From Zestosphaera sp. (lineage in GTDB: Archaea; Thermoproteota; Thermoprotei_A; Sulfolobales; NBVN01), in NCBI GenBank assembly GCA_038830105.1, contig JAWBLQ010000001.1, positions 1-33,124 of the forward strand: a DNA stretch of 33,124 nucleotides, read 5' to 3'. The notes under the pieces are model-generated. The model had not been told where the DNA came from. It searched no databases and was given only the letters and a program-made list of their open reading frames with translations. The translations under genes and the position numbers were made by a program. This document shows positions 16,811 through 25,326 of this stretch, one piece after another. The number at the start of each line of letters is the position of its first letter. The first letter of the stretch is position 1.

Positions 16811-17809
16811 TCACGCTGGCACTACATACCCTCTATATTCCCTCCCGCCTACCAGAAGGTAAGGCTCTCCATCAGGGATTGATACCTCGAGCATCCCGGA
16901 GACCCTTAGTCTACCCCCTCTATACAGTACGTAGTCATACTCGGCTTCATAGCTGATCAGCCCTCTCAACACAGGTCCTTCAACGGTCTTGACCACTATA
17001 ACGTGGGATGGGTAGAAGAGAGCCTCACAGACACCGCCTTCCACCTCGACCACAGCATCCACAGGCTTAAGAGGTCTTAGAACCAGCCCCCCGTACCTCG
17101 TTTGATCCTTACTCACGAATGTAAATGTTACCGGTACTCCTTTATAACTAAGGAATTTGTAAGGCGGGATTAACTCTCTGTAGAGCTCGGGGCTTAACCC
17201 TAGAATCCTCGAGTTCCTCACTATCTTATCCGCCACCCAGCCCGCGGGCATTTTAACCATGTTGAGGTGCGGTATCTCAACGAACTTCACCACGTCCCTG
17301 CAACCATATATCACTAAATCCACGTCTGAGTGCATGCCGTGAATCCCAGCCAGCACTGAGCCCGTGACGCCTATGTTCCCAGGCTCCACACCCACGGTCT
17401 CTGAGACCAGCTCCGAGACCTCTACCGCCACCAGCTCCACGTTATCGCTAACCCTCCTCCTAAGCATATCCATCCTCAACTCAGGCTTAAGCCACACCTT
17501 AATCATTGATTCAGGTACCGCCGGTATGAAGACATTGAGTGTTGGGTCATAGATCTGAGTTCCAAACCCCTGCATGACCTTAACCAGTTCTTCGACGCTG
17601 TACTCCCTGAGAACCCTCTCGTAGTACGTGAACCTCCCCCTCCAGAGAGTAGGCCTGCTTGTGGGAACGTACTTAATGTATGCAGTGATAAGCCCGGGGG
17701 GATGTCTATTACCCATAACAACGTGGATATTGCCCTCCGTATCAACTATTAAGTCGTGATCTAGAAAACCCCTCTCCTCAGACGGTTTGCTACTAATCAT
17801 CCAGCTCAT
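16811..17809 (-). CDS. Predicted Pol-beta-superfamily nucleotidyltransferase (archaeal COG1665-like)
   Basis: NTase signature G-S...D-x-D in GVTGSVLAGIHGMHSDVDLVIYG. It is flanked by a ~140-aa N-terminal domain and a beta-rich C-terminal domain. The family assignment is from memory only. Confidence 0.5.
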   Translation of the reverse strand: MSWMISSKPSEERGFLDHDLIVDTEGNIHVVMGNRHPPGLITAYIKYVPTSRPTLWRGRFTYYERVLREYSVEELVKVMQGFGTQIYDPTLNVFIPAVPESMIKVWLKPELRMDMLRRRVSDNVELVAVEVSELVSETVGVEPGNIGVTGSVLAGIHGMHSDVDLVIYGCRDVVKFVEIPHLNMVKMPAGWVADKIVRNSRILGLSPELYRELIPPYKFLSYKGVPVTFTFVSKDQTRYGGLVLRPLKPVDAVVEVEGGVCEALFYPSHVIVVKTVEGPVLRGLISYEAEYDYVLYRGGRLRVSGMLEVSIPDGEPYLLVGGREYRGYVVPA

Positions 17810-17982
17810 CCGTTCGCCTCATCATCCAATTAAACGAACGACATCGCAGGTTATAATATTTACAACTGAAAGCCACGCCCTGAAGGGTAAGGAGGGAGAT
17901 GCCCCAGAGTTAACGTAAAGTCTTACACCGACCTGTAGATGCTGTTTATTTAGACAGGTTAAACATTATTTTGGTGTAGCGC

Positions 17983-18996
17983 TTGAAGCCAAGGGTCTTC
18001 ATAACTAGGGAGTTATTCGACGATGTTGTGGCTAAGATAGGGCGTTACTACGATGTTGAGGTGTGGGATAGGTATCAGGCACCGCCGTACGAGATCCTGC
18101 TCGAGAGGGTAAAGGTCGTTGATGCGCTCGTGTCGTTGCTCAGCGACAGAATAGACTGCAACTTATTGAGGAATGCCCCGCGACTCCGTATAGTGGCTCA
18201 ACTAGCTGTAGGCTTCGACAACATAGATGTTGAGTGTGCTACCAGGCTCGGTGTATACGTGACTAACACACCCGGGGTCTTAACCGAGGCTACTGCGGAG
18301 TTCACGTGGGCTCTCATACTAGCCACAACCAGGAGGGTTGTTGAGGGTGACCTCTTCGTCAGGTTCGGCGAGTGGTGGAGAGTCAGGACAGGCTGGCACC
18401 CGAAGATGCTCTTAGGCAGTGAGTTAAGAGGTAAGACCCTCGGCGTGGTTGGGCTGGGGAGGATAGGCAGGAGAGTCGCCGAGATAGGTGCTAGAGGCTT
18501 TGGCATGAGGGTCATATACTATGACCTGACGAGAAATGCCGAGGCCGAAAATGAGTTGAGGATCCAGTTTAAGGAGTTTAAGGACCTCCTCAGAGAGTCG
18601 GATGTAGTCACGCTTCACGTCCCTCTCACTCCTGAGACTAGGTATTTGATTGGTGAGGATGGTTTGAGGCTTATGAAGAAGTCTGCGATACTTATTAACA
18701 CTTCTAGAGGTGGTGTTGTAGACACTCAAGCATTAATCAAAGCACTGAGTGAGGGGTGGATAGCGGGGGCGGGACTAGACGTCTTCGAAGAAGAACCACT
18801 ACCGCCAAACCACCCACTAACGGCCTTCAAGAACGTGGTGTTAGCGCCGCACGCGGCCAGCGCTACTTACGATGCAAGGCACGGCATGGCGGAGGTGGTT
18901 GCTGAGAATCTGCTTACCTTCTACGAAGGGAGAACACCGCCAACTCTGGTGAACAGAGAGGTGTCTGAAGTCAGGCCGCCTGGATTCGGTGAGTAG
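17983..18996 (+). CDS. D-isomer-specific 2-hydroxyacid dehydrogenase (glyoxylate/hydroxypyruvate reductase-like)
   Basis: NAD-binding GVVGLGRIGRRVAE, then NTSRGGVVD, GAGLDVFEEEP and the catalytic His in APHAASAT. 337 aa, TTG start. Confidence 0.8.
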   Translation: MKPRVFITRELFDDVVAKIGRYYDVEVWDRYQAPPYEILLERVKVVDALVSLLSDRIDCNLLRNAPRLRIVAQLAVGFDNIDVECATRLGVYVTNTPGVLTEATAEFTWALILATTRRVVEGDLFVRFGEWWRVRTGWHPKMLLGSELRGKTLGVVGLGRIGRRVAEIGARGFGMRVIYYDLTRNAEAENELRIQFKEFKDLLRESDVVTLHVPLTPETRYLIGEDGLRLMKKSAILINTSRGGVVDTQALIKALSEGWIAGAGLDVFEEEPLPPNHPLTAFKNVVLAPHAASATYDARHGMAEVVAENLLTFYEGRTPPTLVNREVSEVRPPGFGE

Positions 18997-19152
18997 TGTG
19001 TCACGGTGTGGAAAGATCCTAAAGCCTAAAACATGTTCAACTAAACCAGGGCTTTCATCCCTTAACGTGATTTAAAAAGAACGGCTTTACGCTTTACGTA
19101 GGTTTTAAATCGCTAGAGAGTGAGGTTTGAGCCGTCACCACAGGTGTCACCC

Positions 19153-20361
19153 CTACGCACTACCAGTAGGCGCTCTGTATCTACTCCTCAAGACTTCCAT
19201 AGCCTTCTCGTAGTTGTTGTGTAGTTTCTTCGTAGCTTCTAAAGCTATATTCGCGAGCAACATGGCATCATCGTAAGTCGCGTACGGTATTCCGTTGCTC
19301 TGAATGTAAGCGTTCCCAACAGCTATAGAAGCAACAGCACTAGTTCCCGGAACCACGCCAGAGAAGCCTACCACCTCACTTAAGTCCTCGCTCATGAAGA
19401 CTACCCCACCGAAGTCCTCGCATATGAGTTTTGCTAAGTTAGCTATGGTAGTGGATTTCTCCAGAGCTCCCTTGGAGCTCTCGAGCTTCAACGCCTCCCC
19501 CTTCAAGGACTCCACTAGCGTGTGCTTAACGCTCTCTAAACCCCTGCTGAACCTCGGGTATGCGTTGTCGACTTCGATATAGTTCGCGTTCCTTTCCTCT
19601 AATGCGTTTCTAATAGCCTCAGCGACAACGACGTTATCGTACTCCTTATTATACCTCAGGAGGAGAGAGGTCCATATAACCCTCCCAGCTAACGCCGGGA
19701 TGAAGGCCTTGCTCTCAAGGACCACTGTCGGCGTTGCTAACACTCCTAAGGCCTTCATCACCTCGCCCTTAACGCCTAACGGGACGTTACCCTCTAAATC
19801 CTCAACAGGCCCTACCCCGGATCTAGAGCCGTTCACAGTAAGTAGGACGGAGAACGTGCCCCCCTCTAGATTCACCTCCACACCCCCGACTATGTCGTCC
19901 GTTACGCCATCCTTCTTCAGGATGAAGCCCGGGATCCGTCTCGCTAGAGTGTCAAGCGCGGCCTCAGCCAGGGAGTACTCAACTGCTACAGGAGCTTCGA
20001 GACAGCCGTTGCCGTACATCCTCCCGAAAACTCTCAGCGTCGCTAGGTGGGGTAGGGACGCGTCGGCCCCCTCTAGACTCCTCAACATCTCGGTCTCGAA
20101 AGTCGTTAAGCCTCTTCTCGGTGAAGCACACCCGAACCCGCCATCCTCAGTCTCTACGCAGACAGTCCTTAGGGAATGTATCGTGACCTTCCTCACGCTA
20201 ACATTGAAATCGAAGAACTTACGGAGTAGGGCTACGGCTGACGCGTACCCGAGAGAGTCATCTTGAATTAAGCCACTGTGACTATGAACATGTCCAACCC
20301 CGATGTGCCCGGCTACGCAGACGGTCCTACTTGATCCAGTCATGTGGATCACGTGGTTCAA
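19153..20361 (-). CDS. Hypothetical protein (402 aa) with an N-terminal His cluster, co-transcribed with the GltP-type transporter
   Basis: Long uninterrupted ORF. The TTG start overlaps the upstream stop by 4 nt; an alternative ATG 20343 is 14 nt downstream of that stop. H-x4-H-x-H-x-H cluster (AGHIGVGHVHSHSG). I recognise no family. Confidence 0.6.
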   Translation of the reverse strand: MNHVIHMTGSSRTVCVAGHIGVGHVHSHSGLIQDDSLGYASAVALLRKFFDFNVSVRKVTIHSLRTVCVETEDGGFGCASPRRGLTTFETEMLRSLEGADASLPHLATLRVFGRMYGNGCLEAPVAVEYSLAEAALDTLARRIPGFILKKDGVTDDIVGGVEVNLEGGTFSVLLTVNGSRSGVGPVEDLEGNVPLGVKGEVMKALGVLATPTVVLESKAFIPALAGRVIWTSLLLRYNKEYDNVVVAEAIRNALEERNANYIEVDNAYPRFSRGLESVKHTLVESLKGEALKLESSKGALEKSTTIANLAKLICEDFGGVVFMSEDLSEVVGFSGVVPGTSAVASIAVGNAYIQSNGIPYATYDDAMLLANIALEATKKLHNNYEKAMEVLRSRYRAPTGSA

Positions 20362-21632
20362 CGTGACTTGAACTTCTCCTCGTTGAAGTCCTTAATAACC
20401 AGCTTGCTCACGGTTAGAGTGCCAAGAGGGTCTCCAGTCACGTTAAGCATGGTGTTCGGCATGTCTATGAGCGTGTAGACCCCGGCAATCCATCCAACAG
20501 GTTCTAGAGGCAGGCCTAAGGTTGTCATGGTTATCGCGGCGATCATTATACCTCCTCCAGGGATTCCCGCGCAAGCAGCTGACCCAAGCAACCCCATCAG
20601 CAGCGCTATGAACGTCTCAGGACCTCCCAACGGAACACCGTACATCTGAGACACCCATACAGCGTAGATAGGCATCTCAGCGGCGACTGCCTGCATGTTT
20701 ATGGTCGCAGCTATGGGTAGGATTAAGTTAGCAGCGTCCACAGGCACGCCTAACTCCCTCGTGACCCTCATAGTCACTGGCAGGGTTGCTGAACTACTGC
20801 ACGTAGTGAAGGCGGTTAGCATCGCCGGGTATATCTTCCTCCAGTATTGTAGCGGGTTTAACTTGAGTATGCCTGCAAGCAGTACCGGGTGGTAAACGAG
20901 GATTACTATAGCATAGCTAACCCACTGAGTTATGATCATCTTCCCAACAGCCGTTAGACCCATGGCACCAACGGTCGCGACAAGGTTGGACATTAAAGCG
21001 AACACACCTACTGGAGCGTACCATAGGATGAAGTCAACGATCTTATAGATGGCCGTCAGGGAAGCGCTCAGCAGTTTCTCAAGCGACTGCCTACCCTCCG
21101 GCGAGAACTTCCCCATCAGAGACACGGCGAAGCCCACGAGCAAAGCCATCACTATTATTTGCAGCATGTTGAGCTCAAGGAACGGCTGGATAGGATTCCT
21201 CGGGATGAGTCCGAGTAGCACGTCAATGGCTGAAGCAGGCTTCGGCGCAGTCCACTCCGGCGGTGGAGGTAGTTGCAAGCCAACGCCTGGCTGCATTATG
21301 TTCGCCATCACGTAGCCAGTGGCGGCGGCTAGGAGACCCATTATGAGCCAGTACACGAAGAACCCTCCAAATATCTTGCCAAGCCTTGCGTACACCTTAA
21401 CAGTAGTGACGGCCCACGCGATAGATACGAACACTAACGGTCCGACAATGAACTTCAACAGGTAGATGAATATATCCCCTAGGAACTTTATGCTTGTGAT
21501 AGGCTCGCCAACAACCCAACCGACTATAAGGCCTAAGAGCGTTGCCACCAGCATTGCTAGAGGTCTCTTACCAGGTTTCAAAGCTAATTCTAACTCAGCC
21601 CCGATCTCTTTAGTGTCAGAGGTAAAAGCCAT
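20358..21632 (-). CDS. Dicarboxylate/amino acid:cation symporter (DAACS; GltP/GltPh family)
   Basis: Signature TCSSSATLPVTM (HP1 serine motif) and IDMPNTMLNVTGDP (the TM8 D-x3-N-x2-D region). About 8 TM segments plus hairpins, 424 aa. Confidence 0.85.
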   Translation of the reverse strand: MAFTSDTKEIGAELELALKPGKRPLAMLVATLLGLIVGWVVGEPITSIKFLGDIFIYLLKFIVGPLVFVSIAWAVTTVKVYARLGKIFGGFFVYWLIMGLLAAATGYVMANIMQPGVGLQLPPPPEWTAPKPASAIDVLLGLIPRNPIQPFLELNMLQIIVMALLVGFAVSLMGKFSPEGRQSLEKLLSASLTAIYKIVDFILWYAPVGVFALMSNLVATVGAMGLTAVGKMIITQWVSYAIVILVYHPVLLAGILKLNPLQYWRKIYPAMLTAFTTCSSSATLPVTMRVTRELGVPVDAANLILPIAATINMQAVAAEMPIYAVWVSQMYGVPLGGPETFIALLMGLLGSAACAGIPGGGIMIAAITMTTLGLPLEPVGWIAGVYTLIDMPNTMLNVTGDPLGTLTVSKLVIKDFNEEKFKSR

Positions 21633-21734
21633 AGACTACCACAAATATAGATCTCCTTTAGATTTATAAGCTTTAAGTACCTGCCCGCGAACGTAAGGAG
21701 TTGCTTAAGTCGTGATCACGTTAAGAGGCCCTGT

Positions 21735-22958
21735 TTACCTGGAGGAGGGTGATTGGTTTAAGTAGTTGTAAGCTATTAGCGAGTGGAGCGCCGTACCTAA
21801 CCACAACACGTCTTCGTCGACGTCGAATCTGGGGTGGTGGTGTGGATGTATAATCCCCTTACACTCGTTCTTAATGCCTAATGAGATGAAGGCACCGGGC
21901 ACCTTCTGTAGGTAGTACGAAAAGTCCTCGGCACCCATACTCATAGACGCTTCAGCCGTGGTCCCTAGCTTGCCGGCCACATTCATTACGAAGTCAGCTA
22001 GCTCGGGCGTGTTAATCACCGGCGGGTACGTGATTTCCTCTAACTCTAGAGTGCCTTCACACCCCCATGCTAGTGAGTAGTGTTTAACTACGGCTTCAAT
22101 CCTAGCCAGCACATAATCCCTTACGTTTAAGTCGAACGTCCTTAAGGTGCCGTAGATCCTGACTTCATTAGGTATCACGTTACTGGCGTTGCTTCCCTCG
22201 AACTTAGGTGTCGATATCACCACGGGTGTGTGTGGGTTTACGTTCCTAGACACTATCTTCTGAATAGCGTTGTATATGTCTGCGGCGGGGGCTGTAGGAT
22301 CTCTGGTTAACTCGGGGTGAGCTGCGTGGCCTCCTGAACCCTTAACCCTGATTACGAAGGAATCGGCTGACGCGTTCATAGGACCTCTCCTAGTGGCTAT
22401 AACGCCTGCAGGCAGTTCAGACCATACGTGGACGCCGAATATAGCGTCCACGTCGTTCAAGTGACCCTCATCAACGATCTTCTTAGCTCCCGCACCACCC
22501 TCCTCAGCGGGTTGGAAGATCAGTTTGACGGTGCCATTCAGGTGATCCCTAACGCCAGACAACACTCTTGCAGCGCCTAACAACATGGCCACGTGCGCGT
22601 CGTGACCGCACGCATGCATCTTACCTGCGACTCTAGACCTGTAGGGCACGTCGTTTTCCTCTTGGATCGGCAACGCATCCATGTCAGCCCTCAAAGCAAC
22701 GACGCGCCCGCCACACCCGCCTCTAAGAACGCCTACAACACCGGTCCCCGCAGCCCTAACTACTTCAACCCCTACAGACCTCAGCTCCTCAGTGATTAAT
22801 TGTGAAGTCCTGAATTCCTCGAACCTCAACTCAGGGAACATATGTATATCCCTCCTCAACCTAACCACGTACTCGCTCAACGACCTTGATAACTCGATAA
22901 CCCTAACCTCAACAGGGTCTAAACCCATACCTAAACACCATTGACTAAGATCATGCAC
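21735..22958 (-). CDS. M20D-family amidohydrolase (N-acyl-amino acid amidohydrolase / carboxypeptidase-like)
   Basis: RRDIHMFPELRFEE, ALRADMDALP, MHACGHDAH, FQPAEEGGAGA and GSGGHAA are typical of M20D. An alternative start is Met11. Confidence 0.85.
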   Translation of the reverse strand: MHDLSQWCLGMGLDPVEVRVIELSRSLSEYVVRLRRDIHMFPELRFEEFRTSQLITEELRSVGVEVVRAAGTGVVGVLRGGCGGRVVALRADMDALPIQEENDVPYRSRVAGKMHACGHDAHVAMLLGAARVLSGVRDHLNGTVKLIFQPAEEGGAGAKKIVDEGHLNDVDAIFGVHVWSELPAGVIATRRGPMNASADSFVIRVKGSGGHAAHPELTRDPTAPAADIYNAIQKIVSRNVNPHTPVVISTPKFEGSNASNVIPNEVRIYGTLRTFDLNVRDYVLARIEAVVKHYSLAWGCEGTLELEEITYPPVINTPELADFVMNVAGKLGTTAEASMSMGAEDFSYYLQKVPGAFISLGIKNECKGIIHPHHHPRFDVDEDVLWLGTALHSLIAYNYLNQSPSSR

Positions 22959-23060
22959 TCATATAAAGGTTAAGTAGCTAAGCTCGCGCTGGCAACCCTC
23001 GTCAGTTCATCCTTAACTAACTCAAGGTAGTCGAAGCTGATTCAGTCAGGATCTACTGAG

Positions 23061-23693
23061 TCACGTGTTGAGAAGCCCCCTCACGTAAGGGTTACTGTAT
23101 TTTTCACGGTTAAGCGTTGTGACGTCGCCGTGACCTGGAAGGACGACAAGGTCTCCGGGTAGCTCGACAAGCTTCTTTAAAGAAGACCTCATCTTACTTG
23201 TAGAGCTCTCCGGGAAGTCCGTCCTGCCGACAGTGCCTTTAAATAGGGTGTCACCGCTGATTAGGAACCCGCCCGTCAGGACGCAGATACTCCCCTGCGT
23301 ATGCCCCGGCGTGTGAATGACTCTAACTTCAAACCCTTTGACGGGCTTCACAGTCATGCCATCGTAAACACGCATTACGTCTCCCGGCTCTTCATACACG
23401 TCACCGTAGTATCGCTCGGCAACCTCCCTATGCCTGGAGGTTAGATCAACGTCAAGCTCGTGCATGTAGAGCCCCACGTCAAGTAACCTACAGAGTCTGC
23501 CGGCGTAGAACACGTGGTCGAAATGACCGTGGGTCGCGATAACGAAGCACACGTTAGTGACTCCCAACTGCTTCAAAGCAGACGTGATGTCCGCCAAGCG
23601 GATGCCTGGATCCACTATAAAGCCTGTATCCCCAACGTACATGATATAAGTGTTTGTGCTTAGAGGGCCTCCCGTGATCCTATAGTATTTCAT
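23061..23693 (-). CDS. Metallo-beta-lactamase-fold hydrolase (glyoxalase II-like)
   Basis: IATHGHFDHV (HxHxDH), HTPGHTQGS, GDTLF and PGHG. 210 aa. Confidence 0.8.
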   Translation of the reverse strand: MKYYRITGGPLSTNTYIMYVGDTGFIVDPGIRLADITSALKQLGVTNVCFVIATHGHFDHVFYAGRLCRLLDVGLYMHELDVDLTSRHREVAERYYGDVYEEPGDVMRVYDGMTVKPVKGFEVRVIHTPGHTQGSICVLTGGFLISGDTLFKGTVGRTDFPESSTSKMRSSLKKLVELPGDLVVLPGHGDVTTLNREKYSNPYVRGLLNT

Positions 23694-23787
23694 AGCGTCG
23701 CGCCTTCCTTATAGCGTTTCGAGTCGGTCGTATTTAAATAATGACCGCTACCGGAGCTATTTCACGACTCGTAATTAGGCATGGCAG

Positions 23788-25257
23788 GTGCTTTTATGGT
23801 GGTTTTCAGCTTTAAGGCGTGTGTTTAACTCGTCAAGAACAACATATATATGTTGCTACGGCGTTACCATTGTAGGTAGGGATATCCGCATGGAGAGGGT
23901 TGACACTGTTTTAAGCGGGGGGTACATCATAACTCTCGACGAGTTCAACCGCGTTATCCCTGGAGGGGCTGTGGCGATTAGAGACGGCGTTATTGTAGAC
24001 GTGGGTGTGGAGGATGACATCAGAGGGAAGTACGTGGGTGAGGAGGTCGTGGAGAGGAGGCACCACATCATAATCCCTGGTTTGGTTGACTGCCACACGC
24101 ACACGCAGCAGTATCTACTCAGGTCTGCTATAAACGACGCGATGCTTCAACTACCTCCTGTCTGGACTAAGGTGTTGGTCCCGTTCGAGAGGATGATGGG
24201 GGAGGACCTGGCGAGACTCTCGACGCGGGCAAGCATAGTCAACATGCTGAGGAATGGCGTGACTTACTTCATAGAGGCGGGAGCTCCGTACCCTGAGACA
24301 CTTGCACAGGAGGTCCTGAGGTCAGGGATTAGAGGCGTAGTTACCTACGCGACGTACGACGTCGCTGAGGAGAAGGTCACGGAGCCTGGCGAGGTGCTGA
24401 GGAAGGTTGAAGAGCTCTACAGGAGTTACAGCAGTGGAGGTGGTAATCTGCATGTATGGATGAGCATAAGGCAGGTAATGATGGTGACTGAGGAGTTAAT
24501 GGACGCGGTTATGGAGATGGGCAGGAAGTACGGCGTTGGCCTTACACTACACTTAGGTGAGTACCAGGGGGAGGTCGACTACACACTGGCTAAACATGGT
24601 CGAAGACCTCTTGAGTATTTAGTGGAGAGAGGCCTTAAACACGTTAAGCCCGTGATCATAGCCCATGGAGTGTTCTTCTCACCAAACGAGATCGAGCTCC
24701 TTAGGAGATACGGGATGGGGGTCTGCTGGTGTCCGACGGTCGACTCCTGGTTGATGGGACCTCACTGGGCAGGGTTCACAGGGATCGAGGGATTAAGGAT
24801 AGGGTTAGGTAGTGACGGCGGGGCCTGGGGCAGGCTAGACATACTGCATGAAGTGAAAGTGGCTAAGGCCCTGGGTAAGGCAGTCGCTAACGCTGTCTCG
24901 TACTTCAAGGCAGGCCTGAACTCTACCACTTTGCTGGGTATGGCAACCGGCTCGAGAGGGTTGATGACGGGGGAGAAGGTCGGGAGAGTGGAGAAGGGCT
25001 ACGCAGCCGACCTCACAATCCTCGACGCAAGAACCATCAAGACATTACCGCTTAACAACCCTGTAGACTCGGTAGTGAATTACCTGGAGGGCGACAACGT
25101 CACGGACGTCATGATTGAGGGGAGGTTAGTAGTCAAGAACGGCAGAGTATCCTCGATGGATGAGGAGGGGATCGTGAGGGAATTGCTGGAGAGAGAGGAG
25201 GAAGTGAAGGAGAAGCTCAGGGAACTGACGAAACAGCTTAAAGTGTTGAGTGCTTAG
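23788..25257 (+). CDS. Amidohydrolase-superfamily deaminase/chlorohydrolase-like enzyme (MtaD/SsnA/TrzA-like)
   Basis: PGLVDCHTHTQQ (HxH metal site), LHLGEYQGE, IIAHGVF and GLGSDGGAW. The true start is probably ATG 23890 (MERVDTVLSGGYIITLDE), because the upstream 34 codons look non-coding. Confidence 0.8.
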   Translation: MLLWWFSALRRVFNSSRTTYICCYGVTIVGRDIRMERVDTVLSGGYIITLDEFNRVIPGGAVAIRDGVIVDVGVEDDIRGKYVGEEVVERRHHIIIPGLVDCHTHTQQYLLRSAINDAMLQLPPVWTKVLVPFERMMGEDLARLSTRASIVNMLRNGVTYFIEAGAPYPETLAQEVLRSGIRGVVTYATYDVAEEKVTEPGEVLRKVEELYRSYSSGGGNLHVWMSIRQVMMVTEELMDAVMEMGRKYGVGLTLHLGEYQGEVDYTLAKHGRRPLEYLVERGLKHVKPVIIAHGVFFSPNEIELLRRYGMGVCWCPTVDSWLMGPHWAGFTGIEGLRIGLGSDGGAWGRLDILHEVKVAKALGKAVANAVSYFKAGLNSTTLLGMATGSRGLMTGEKVGRVEKGYAADLTILDARTIKTLPLNNPVDSVVNYLEGDNVTDVMIEGRLVVKNGRVSSMDEEGIVRELLEREEEVKEKLRELTKQLKVLSA

Positions 25258-25326
25258 CTAGGGGCCTTCTAGCACACGTCCGGGTCTCGAGGGTTAAGAA
25301 ATTTTAACTCGCTTAAGATACATTGC

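Noticed and set aside
17812-17830. A C-box-like GGATGATGA on the minus strand, considered as a possible C/D box sRNA
   Set aside because: It lies immediately upstream of the nucleotidyltransferase start codon. I found no D box (CUGA) at a suitable distance and no terminal stem. It is more likely part of the 5' region of that gene.
19700-20266. A 188-aa plus-strand ORF antisense to the 402-aa hypothetical gene
   Set aside because: It is Ser/Thr/Pro/Arg-rich and low in complexity, as expected for an open antisense frame, and it sits fully inside a longer ORF coupled to the transporter. The same reasoning applies to 3134-3514, 26295-26717, 28374-28739, 564-824, 11035-11382, 18198-18729 and the other short antisense ORFs in the track.
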